Source: an uncultured Actinomycetes bacterium (lineage in GTDB: Bacteria > Actinomycetota > UBA4738 > HRBIN12). From it: a DNA stretch of 64,000 nucleotides. Numbering within the stretch: the stretch's first letter is position 1; each line of letters opens with the position of its first letter. This document shows, piece after piece, positions 30,751 through 39,100 of this stretch. Made by a program: the position numbers and the translations under genes. Location of the stretch: NCBI GenBank assembly GCA_963794065.1, contig CAWCDA010000043.1, positions 10,576 to 74,575 of the forward strand, given 5' to 3'. Under the pieces are notes generated by a model. It worked only from the letters and a program-made list of their open reading frames with translations, made no database searches and was not told the origin of the DNA.

Positions 30751-31452
30751 TTATTCCCCGACGTGCCCTGGGTCGCGACGCAGGAGCACGACACATCCGA
30801 TCGCGGCGATCGTCGCGAACGCGAACCACTGGATCGCGTAGGACAGGTGCGGCCCCTCATCGAGGGTCGGCGGCACGGCGGGTATCGGCGAGCCCGACGC
30901 CTGCGCGGGATCCTGCGTCTGCAGCAGGACGTAGACCGGGACGAGCCGGTAGGGGAGCGCCGCCGCGCCGAGGTCGATCCGTATCACCACAGAGGGGGCG
31001 GGCGATGTGGGGGTGTCGGAGATCGAGTCGGGCGGGAGCGCGAGACCGGTGACGGTCACGCGACCAATGGGTGCGGCGGCCTCGCCGGTCACCGGCGGCG
31101 AGGCGACCTCCAGCGGCACCCAACCCCGATCGACGAGGACGGCCCGGCCGTCGTCGAGCACGAGCGGTGTGAGGATGTGGTTGCCCGGGACGTCCTGGTA
31201 GCTCCGTCCCGACAGCACGATCTCGTGCGTGGGGTCGTACATGCCGACGACCGTGACGTGCGCGTACGGCAGGCTCGACGGATCGGCCGTCGCCAGGTCG
31301 ACCGGTGGCAGCGCGCCGCGCGCGGCGAGCATCGCGTTCACGTCGCGGCGGCCGTGGAGCCGGTCGAGCTGCCAGAAGCCCAAACGCACGCAGACCCCGG
31401 CGATCACCACGGCGATGACGACGAGCGCGACCTGTCGCGCACGGAGCCTCAC
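30751..31452 (-). CDS. SURF1 family cytochrome oxidase assembly protein
   Basis: The ORF is 233 aa. It has an N-terminal TM with GFWQLDR, a central GWVP and a C-terminal TM with LSYAIQWFAFA. Confidence 0.85.
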   Translation of the reverse strand: MRLRARQVALVVIAVVIAGVCVRLGFWQLDRLHGRRDVNAMLAARGALPPVDLATADPSSLPYAHVTVVGMYDPTHEIVLSGRSYQDVPGNHILTPLVLDDGRAVLVDRGWVPLEVASPPVTGEAAAPIGRVTVTGLALPPDSISDTPTSPAPSVVIRIDLGAAALPYRLVPVYVLLQTQDPAQASGSPIPAVPPTLDEGPHLSYAIQWFAFATIAAIGCVVLLRRDPGHVGE

Positions 31453-32235
31453 CTAGGGGCCCTTGGTCTCCTGGATCGTGTTCCCGCCGTCGACCACGAT
31501 CGAGGCGCCCACCACATAGCTCGCACGCTCGCTCGCGAGGAACGCGATCACCTCGGCGATCTCCTCGGGCGCGCCCGAGCGCCCGATCGGGGTGTACGTG
31601 CCCGCCGCGGCCTCGTTCGGCAGCTGCGAGCCGGTCGCGATCCACCCGGGCGCGACCGAGTTGACGGTCACGCCGGCCGAGGCGACCTCGATCGCGACCC
31701 CGCGCATGAGTCCATCCATGCCCGCCTTCGCGGCGCTGTAGCCGACCGAGCCAGGATCGCTGACGATCGGGCCCGTGACGGAGGACACCATCACCACGCG
31801 CCCCCAACCGCGCTGCACCATGCCGGGCAGGATCGCTCGGGTCACGTTGTAGGCGGTGCCGAGGTTGCGCGCGATATCGAGGTCCCAACCGTCGTCCGTT
31901 TGCGCGAGGAAGGACGCCGCCTCCCCGTCGGCCGGGTCATCGACCGTGACCATCCCCGCGTTGTTCACCAGGATGTCGATGCGCCCGAACCGGTCGAGCA
32001 CCTGCTCGGCGAGTGCCCGGACCTGTGTCCGGTCGGTCAGGTCGGCCTCGAACCCCGCCGCGTCGTACCCGATCGCCTGCAGCGCACCCACTCGTGCATG
32101 GATCCGATCGGTGGTGGAGCAGATCGCCACGGCCGCGCCCTCGCGGCCGAGCACAGCCGCGGTCGCGAACCCGATGCCGGTGGGGGAACCCGCTCCCGTG
32201 ACCAGCGCGACCCGGCCGGCGGCCTCTCCCTGCAT
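31453..32235 (-). CDS. SDR family oxidoreductase (FabG-like)
   Basis: The ORF is 260 aa. Motifs: TGAGSPTGIG, NNAG and the catalytic YSAAK. Confidence 0.85.
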   Translation of the reverse strand: MQGEAAGRVALVTGAGSPTGIGFATAAVLGREGAAVAICSTTDRIHARVGALQAIGYDAAGFEADLTDRTQVRALAEQVLDRFGRIDILVNNAGMVTVDDPADGEAASFLAQTDDGWDLDIARNLGTAYNVTRAILPGMVQRGWGRVVMVSSVTGPIVSDPGSVGYSAAKAGMDGLMRGVAIEVASAGVTVNSVAPGWIATGSQLPNEAAAGTYTPIGRSGAPEEIAEVIAFLASERASYVVGASIVVDGGNTIQETKGP

Positions 32236-32367
32236 CGTTCCAGCCTATCGGGCCCTCAAGACCTTCCACCCTTCGGACCGATGACCATGGTAAGACGGCG
32301 CGGTGGGGCGGCTTGTCCGGTGAGGCAGGCGCCCCCCACGACCGACTCGGAGGACGGGGGTGACAAG

Positions 32368-32547
32368 ATGCGCCAATTCCAATGGCGCGTGCTCGCGACG
32401 CTTCGCCGCCTGGGAGGGCAGGACGGAGCGACGGCGGTCGAGTACGCCTTGATGCTTGCGTTGATCGCGATGGCGGTCGTCGTGGCCGTGCAGTTCCTCG
32501 GTCAATCCACGGCAAGCGACTTCAGCAGCGTGTCGTTCTCGCCCTAG
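32368..32547 (+). CDS. flp: Flp/Fap family type IVb pilin
   Basis: The product is 59 aa: MRQFQWRVLATLRRLGGQDG/ATAVEYALMLALIAMAVVVAV. It has the G/xxxxEY processing motif. GGAGGA lies upstream. Confidence 0.75.
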   Translation: MRQFQWRVLATLRRLGGQDGATAVEYALMLALIAMAVVVAVQFLGQSTASDFSSVSFSP

Positions 32548-32577
32548 GCGGGTTCGACGATCACAACAGGGTCCGTC

Positions 32578-32605
32578 GGGCGTGTGCGATGAAGCGCGCA
32601 CGCCC
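32578..32605. terminator. Candidate bidirectional hairpin between the convergent flp and DUF805 genes
   Basis: GGGCGTGTGCG-atgaag-CGCGCACGCCC forms an 11-bp stem with one G-U pair. Only a weak T tract (TT) follows on the plus strand. Confidence 0.4.
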
Positions 32606-32614
32606 TTCCGCGTG

Positions 32615-33001
32615 CTAGGCCGGCGGGGGAGGAGGCGGAACCGTGCCGCTGCCCAGCGCCGGCGCATCGCCCGGTGGGGAGCCGTATGCATTGGCGCCTG
32701 CATTCCCCTCCGTCGCGAGGAACACGATCAGGATGATCAGGCCCACAAGCGGAATCAGCACGATCAGGTACCACCAGCCCGACCTGCCCGTGTCGTGCAG
32801 GCGACGGACGGCCGCCGCCAGCAGCGGCAGGAAGTAGACCAGCGCGACGAGATACGCCAGCGCCGGCACCCGGATCGCGAAGAACACCGTGTACAGCACG
32901 ATGTAGGACAGGAAGAACCACCAGTACTCGGGTCGGGAGGCCCGCCCCTTGAAGTCCACGTACTTCGTGAAGCAGATCTTGATCGAGTCGCCGAAGGACA
33001 T
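32615..33001 (-). CDS. DUF805 family inner-membrane protein
   Basis: The ORF is 128 aa. It reads KYVDFKGRASRPEYWWF...RRLHDTGRSGWW, the characteristic DUF805 pattern. Confidence 0.8.
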   Translation of the reverse strand: MSFGDSIKICFTKYVDFKGRASRPEYWWFFLSYIVLYTVFFAIRVPALAYLVALVYFLPLLAAAVRRLHDTGRSGWWYLIVLIPLVGLIILIVFLATEGNAGANAYGSPPGDAPALGSGTVPPPPPPA

Positions 33002-33164
33002 GGTGTTACCTCCTTGTGCGTTGGGCGCACCTTAGGTCAGCGGTCAGGCCGACGCAACGACCCCGACGTTTCTTGCGGCGGACCAGGTCAGGGGAGCTTC
33101 GGGCATCGTCGTCGACCCGCGGCGACGGGTTCGTCGTACCGCCATCGGCTAGGCTGACCGGCCG

Positions 33165-33872
33165 ATGGGGGCGACGAGGCATCTGCTGGACCTGCAAACA
33201 CTCGATCTGGCGATCGATCGCCTCCGCGCCCGGAAGGTCGCGATCGAATCCGGGGCCGCGCTCACCGCCGCGCGAGCCGAGGCGGACGCGGCCGAGGCGC
33301 GGTACGGCGAGCACACACTCCAGATCGGCGCGCTCGACCGGGACGCCACCAAGGTCGAGCACGAGATCGACTCGCTGTCCCAGAAGGCCGCGGCCGAGGA
33401 GCAGCGCATGAGCAGCGGCGCGATCGCCAACGCCCGCGAGCTCGAGGCGATCGGCCATGAGATCACCAACCTGCGGCGCCGGATCGGCGACCGAGAGGAT
33501 GAGTTGCTGGCGATCATGGAGCGTCGCGAGGCGATCGAGGCCGGCGCGAGGGACGCGGAGGCCGTCGCGCTCGACCGCCGCGCCGCCGCCGAGCAGGTGG
33601 CCGCCGCGTCGTCCGAGGAGCTGGCGGCGGTCGAGATCGAGCTCGCCGCCGGCGAGGCCGAGCGTCCGGCCCTCGCGGCGACGATCGATCCGGACACGCT
33701 CGAGCTCTACGAGGAACTGCGCCCCCAGAAGAAGGGCGTCGGCGCCGCGGCGCTCGTCGACAACGTGTGCCAGGGGTGTCACGAGCAGCTGTCCTCGGTC
33801 GAGCTCGATCGCGCCCGCCACGCCGACGGCATCGTGCGGTGCGACCACTGCCGACGGATCCTCGTGTTGTGA
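33165..33872 (+). CDS. Coiled-coil protein with C4 zinc ribbon (COG1579-like)
   Basis: The ORF is 235 aa, with long heptad-like helices and a C-terminal CQGCHEQL...VRCDHCRRIL. Confidence 0.75.
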   Translation: MGATRHLLDLQTLDLAIDRLRARKVAIESGAALTAARAEADAAEARYGEHTLQIGALDRDATKVEHEIDSLSQKAAAEEQRMSSGAIANARELEAIGHEITNLRRRIGDREDELLAIMERREAIEAGARDAEAVALDRRAAAEQVAAASSEELAAVEIELAAGEAERPALAATIDPDTLELYEELRPQKKGVGAAALVDNVCQGCHEQLSSVELDRARHADGIVRCDHCRRILVL

Positions 33873-34297
33873 TAGCCCCCCGACGCGTGATCATCAACTG
33901 CGACGGGGCCGCCCGTGGCAACCCGGGGCCCGCGGGTGCGGGGGCGGTCGTCGTCGACGAGGACGGCGTGGTGCTTGCCGAGGTCGCCGAGGGGCTCGGC
34001 GAAACGACGAACAACGTCGCGGAGTACACGGCCGTCGTCCGGGGTCTCGAGGAGGCGCAGCGGTTGGGCGCGCGCGAGGTGCTCCTTCGCTCCGACAGCC
34101 AGCTCCTGATCAATCAGCTCACGGGCCGCTACAAGGTGAAGGCGCCGCATCTCCAGCCACTCCACAGACGGGTGCGGGAGCTGCTGCGCACCTTCGAGCG
34201 CGCCGACCTGGAGCACGTCCCGCGCGAACGCAATGCGGCCGCGGACGCACTGGCCAACCTCGGTGTGGACCGATGGCTGGCCGACGGTCGCCCGTAG
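33869..34297 (+). CDS. rnhA: Ribonuclease HI
   Basis: The GTG start overlaps the upstream stop (GTGA). The sequence reads INCDGAARGNPGPAGAG...TNNVAEYTAV...SDSQLLINQL...RERNAAADALAN, carrying DEDD-type catalytic residues. Confidence 0.85.
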   Translation: MIAPRRVIINCDGAARGNPGPAGAGAVVVDEDGVVLAEVAEGLGETTNNVAEYTAVVRGLEEAQRLGAREVLLRSDSQLLINQLTGRYKVKAPHLQPLHRRVRELLRTFERADLEHVPRERNAAADALANLGVDRWLADGRP

Positions 34298-34313
34298 CGG
34301 GTACGGTTGCCTC

Positions 34314-34701
34314 GGAGGAGCCGGCCGGGCGGCCGCGGGCGATCAGCGATGGTCGTTCGAGGAAAGTCCGGACTCCGCAGGGCAGGACGCTGGCGCGAGC
34401 CAGGCGGGGGCGACCTCGCGAAGGGGCAACAGAAAGGAAACCGCCGTCCGCGGCGACGCGGGCGGTAAGGGTGCAACGGTGGGGTAAGAGCCCACCAGCG
34501 CGGCGGGCGACCGTCGCGGCTCGGTAACCCCCGTCCGGAGCAAGGTCGAGCAGGAAGCGTTCGAGGGCGGCCCGCCCAAGCTTCCGGGTAGACCGCAGCG
34601 ACCCGGCGAACGGGTCGCCGTCGCGCGCGAGCGCGGACGAGAGAGATGGTCGCCGGCGGGGGAACCCGCGCACAGGATCCGGCTTACAGGCCGGCTCCTC
34701 C
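34314..34701 (+). ncRNA. rnpB: RNase P RNA, bacterial type A
   Basis: Universal elements were read directly: GAGGAAAGTCCGGACTCCGCAGGGCAG (P4/CR-I), ACAGAAAGGAAACCGCC, GGTAAGGGTGCAACGGTGGGGTAAGAGCCCACCAG, and CACAGGATCCGGCTTACAGGCCGG. The 5' GGAGGAGCCGGCC pairs with the 3' GGCCGGCTCCTCC to form P1. Confidence 0.93.
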
Positions 34702-34706
34702 GTTCC

Positions 34707-35666
34707 TCAGGTGCCGACCCCGGCGGCCACCGCGCGCCGCAGCTGCTTTCCCGCGTGGTAGCTCGAGCGAACGAGCGGGCCGGCCTCGATGTGCGGGATC
34801 CCCATCGTCTCGCCCGTCGCCGCATGCTCGGCGAACTCCTCGGGGCGCACCCATCGGTGGACCGGGAGATGCTTCGGGGTGGGCTGCAGATACTGTCCCA
34901 TCGTCACGATGTCGACCCCGGTCGCACGCAGGTCGCCAAGGGCGCCAGTGACCTCCTCCGCGGTCTCGCCCATCCCCAGGATCAGGTTCGACTTCGTCAC
35001 CTGGCCGGCGCGGAAGCGCTTCGCGAAGCGGAGCACGTCGAGCGACCGCTCGTAGCCGAACGCCGGTCGGATCCGCTCGTGCAGTCGGGGCACGGTCTCG
35101 AGGTTGTGGGCGAAGACGGTCGGCTCCGCCGCGAGCACGGTGGCGATGTCCCGCTCGCCGCCTTTGAAGTCGCTGGGCAGGACCTCGACGTCGATGCCGG
35201 GCACCGCCGCGCGACACGCGCCGATCGCCTCGGCCCAGACGGAGGCGCCGCCATCGGGCAGATCGTCGCGGGCCACCCCGGTCAGCACGACGTAGCGCAA
35301 GCCCATCCGCGCGACCGTCTCGGCGATCCTGGTCGGCTCCGCGGGATCGACCGCCTCCGGCTTGGCGGTCATGACGTCGCAGAATCCGCACCGGCGCGTG
35401 CACTTCGTGCCGAGGATCAGGAACGTCGCCTCGCGCTCCTCCCAGCATTCGCCGATGTTGGGGCACATCGCCTCCTCGCAGACCGTGTGCAGGTCGGCAT
35501 CACGCATCAGGCGCTTGAGGGCCGTGTAGTTCGGTCCCGCGGCGAGTCTGACCTTGAGCCACGGAGGTTTGCGCACGCCCGGCTGGTTCACGCCCGGGCC
35601 GTTCGTGACGCCGACGATCGGCAGGTGCAACCGTCGTCCGGTCGGATTGTGGTCGCGCTCGGCCAT
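34707..35666 (-). CDS. lipA: Lipoyl synthase (radical SAM)
   Basis: Motifs: CEEAMCPNIGECW, CTRRCGFCDV and the C-terminal RSSYHA. It is 319 aa from the internal ATG. Confidence 0.93.
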   Translation of the reverse strand: MAERDHNPTGRRLHLPIVGVTNGPGVNQPGVRKPPWLKVRLAAGPNYTALKRLMRDADLHTVCEEAMCPNIGECWEEREATFLILGTKCTRRCGFCDVMTAKPEAVDPAEPTRIAETVARMGLRYVVLTGVARDDLPDGGASVWAEAIGACRAAVPGIDVEVLPSDFKGGERDIATVLAAEPTVFAHNLETVPRLHERIRPAFGYERSLDVLRFAKRFRAGQVTKSNLILGMGETAEEVTGALGDLRATGVDIVTMGQYLQPTPKHLPVHRWVRPEEFAEHAATGETMGIPHIEAGPLVRSSYHAGKQLRRAVAAGVGT

Positions 35667-35691
35667 GCACCTGCGAGTGTACGCTCGCTCG

Positions 35692-36102
35692 ATGCGTCGA
35701 ACGGCCCTCGTGCTGACCGCGTCCGCGATGCTGGGCGCGTGCAGCGGATCCTCCAGCGCGGCCACGGCAGCCCTCTGTCAAGACCTCACGAACCTGCAGT
35801 CCACCGTGGCCTTCCTCGCGGCGCCGCCCGAGACCGCGACGGTCGGCGATGTGCGCGGAGCGTTGGACAAGCTGGACTCGACCTGGCAGGCGGTGCAGGA
35901 CCGTTCCGACGTCCCCGCCGACGAGAGCGACGCGCTCATCGCGGGGCAGGAGGACTATCGGGATGCGACCCAAGGGGTCGGTGACGACGATCCGTTCGCG
36001 CCCTACATCCCGGCGACGGTCGGGGTCGCCGAAGGATTGGAGCGCAGCTACGAAGCCGTGCGCGTGCGGCTCGTCTGCCCGTCCTACCTGCAGCCCGGCT
36101 GA
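35692..36102 (+). CDS. Lipoprotein of unknown function
   Basis: The signal peptide and lipobox read MRRTALVLTASAMLGAC. The protein is 136 aa. Confidence 0.6.
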   Translation: MRRTALVLTASAMLGACSGSSSAATAALCQDLTNLQSTVAFLAAPPETATVGDVRGALDKLDSTWQAVQDRSDVPADESDALIAGQEDYRDATQGVGDDDPFAPYIPATVGVAEGLERSYEAVRVRLVCPSYLQPG

Positions 36103-36105
36103 GCC

Positions 36106-39100
36106 TCAGCCGGCGTCCGCGTGGGTCCGGTCCGCCTGTCCGTCGACGTGCTCGAGCACGCGACCAGGGATCACGACATGGAAGGCAGCGCCGCCGCCCG
36201 CACGCTCGTCCACCCATGCGGAGCCGCCGTGGAGCTCCGCGAACCGAGCCACGAGCGACAGACCGATCCCCGTGCCGGAGGAATGCGTGGACTGTATGGG
36301 CCCTTGGCGGAACGGCTCGAAGATCACGCGGCGGATGTCGACCGGCACACCGGGACCGTCGTCCTCGACGCTGATCCGAACGCCGCCTTCGTGCGGGGCG
36401 ACCGTCAGCCAGATGCGGTCGTCGGCGGTCGTGTGCCGGACCGCGTTCGTCAGCAGGTTCTCGATGATCCGCTCCACCTTCGGCGGATCGATGGGGATCA
36501 CCACCGGGTCCGTATGCACGATGATCTCCCGGTCCGCGAGCACGTCGAGGTGCACGACCGTGCGCCGGGCCAGCGCGGCCACGTCGGTGACGCGGTATTG
36601 GGGCTCCACGATCCCGCGGTTGAGGCGATCGATGTCGAGCAGATCCTTGAGCAGGCGATCGAGCTTCTTGGCGTTCGCGGACAGCCGCGTCAGGAGGTCA
36701 GTGCGATCCGCGCCATCGATGTCTGGGGCACGCTCCAGCGTCAGCGACAGCCCGAGGATCGAGGTCAACGGGCTCCGGAGCTCGTGTGACACCGCCGCCA
36801 GGAACGTGTTCTTCATGTCGTCGAGCGCGCGGAGGCGCTCGGCCGCGTCGCGTTCCCGGCGCTCGCTTTCTCGCAGCGCCTGTTCCGCGAGCTTGCGCTC
36901 GGTGATGTCGAACACGACCCCTTGCAGGAACAAGGGCGCACCGTCGGCGTCAAGCAGGATCGTCGTCTCATCGTGCAGCCACACCGTGCGTCCATCCGGC
37001 GTGTGGATCCGGTACTCGGCTCGCCATGGTTCCCGATTGCGGATCGCGCGCGCGTACGACGCCTCGATCGCGGGACGATCCTCGGCGTCGATCAGCCGCA
37101 GCCACAGGGCTGGATCGGCGACCCAATCCTCGGGCGTGACGCCTGCGATGTCGACGATCTGCGGGCTCATGTAGACCGTCTCCATCGCACCGTCCGGACG
37201 GTCGAGGTAGATCGCCGCCGGCACGTGCTCGACGATCGCACGGTAGCGCTGCTCGGCGTCGCGGAGGCGCTCCTCGGACTCCTTGGACGCCGTGATGTCG
37301 TACATGACGCCCTGGGAGAACAGCGGTCGGCCGTCGTCGTCGCGCACGATGAACGCCTGATCGCGCACCCAGAGCCACTGTCCGTCGGCATGTTGGAATC
37401 GGTACTCCAGATCGAATGGCGCAAGCTCCTCCGCGTGCGCGCGCATCGCTTCGCGGGCGACGGCGGTGTCGTCCGGATGCACGCGGCCGAGCCAGAGACC
37501 CTGCTGCCGCCATGCATCGGGCTCGAAGCCGAACGTCGACTGCACCTGCGGGCTCACGTAGATGGTCTCCCACGGCTCGTCGAGCGTGTCGATGTAGGTC
37601 ACCGCGGGGATCGACTCGATCAAGGTCCGGTACCGGCGCTCGGCGTCGAGCATCGCGAGCTCCGCCTGCTTGCGGTCGGTGATGTCCTGGATGATCCCTT
37701 GGCTGAACCGCGGCCGGTCGTCGTCGCGGATGATCACCGCCTGGTCTCGGAGCCAATGGAGACGGCCCTCCCGATCGATGAAGCGCAGCTCGATGTCCAG
37801 CGGTTCGCCGTGCTCGTAATGCGCCGCGTCGGCGACGCTCGCCCGCTCACGATCGTCCGGATGCACCATGTCGCGCCAGCGCCAAGGGTTCTCCAACCAC
37901 TCCTCCGGCGAGTAGCCGAAGATCGTCTCCACCTGGGGGCTGATATACCGGGTGGCCCACCGGTCGCCGTCTGGCTCGTACTCGTCGAGGTAGCTGATCG
38001 CGGGCATCTCCTCGACCAGCTGGCGGTATCGCTCTTCCGCCTGTCGGAGCTGTCGCTCCGCCTCCTTCTCGGTGGTGATGTCGAAACGCACCCCTTGCCA
38101 ATAGCGCGGCATGCCCTCGGCGTCGTGGACGAGCGTGGCCTCGTCCCGCACCCAGAGCACGTCCCCGGACTTTTTCAGCATGCGGTACTCGGCGCGGAAT
38201 GGCTCTCCCGTCTCGCTGGCGCGGTCGTCTTCCGCGAGCACGCGTTCCCGATCCTCCGGGTGGACCGCGGCGATCCAGCGGTCGCGAGGCCCCCATTCCT
38301 CATCCGCGTACCCGAGGAGCGCCGTGGTCTGCGGGCTCGAGTAGGTCTCGTCACCGGTCACCATGTCCTCGATGTAGGTCACGGCGGGCAACTGCTCGAT
38401 CAGGGTTCGGTACAGCGCCTGGGCCTCGTCGAGACTGTGCACCGCGCGTTCGCGTTCGATCGCGGCACCGATCGTGCTCGCGGTCAGGCTCAGCGCCTCG
38501 ACGTCGGCGTCGGACCAACGCCGGTCCTCGTCGACGTGGTCGAAGCTGATGTAGCCCCACCACGCTCCGTCGACGGAGATCGGGATCGCCACGAGGGAAC
38601 GGACCGGCAGAGCTCCGTCGACGAGGGTGGCACGCTCTGTCGACGGGAAGGTATCCACCGTCCCGTGGATCGGACGCCCGGCGGACATCTCGACGACCCA
38701 TCGTTCGAAGCCGCCGGAGGCCCAGGCGAACCCGTCGAGGGTGCGATCGTCTTCTAGGCGGTGTCCATCCGTCAACCACGCGTCGACCACAGACACCCCG
38801 AGCTCGCCCGAGGGCAGGGGATGATTGCGGAAGACCGCGCAGCGGGTCGCCTGACCGGCGCGCCCGAGTCTGGCCAGGACCTCGGGCAGGTGGTCTCGCC
38901 ACGACCGGGCGCGCAGGAATCGTTCCGCGGCGAAGCTGGTTGCCTCGAGGATCGCGTCGCGGCGCGCGATCGTTTCGGCGCTTCGCTTGCTCTCGGTGAT
39001 GTCCTGCAGCACGCCATGCCACCGCAGCTGTCCGCTCGGGTCCTGGACCTGCATCGCGTGGTCGTGCACCCACACCGTATGGCCGTCCGCCGTGACGATC

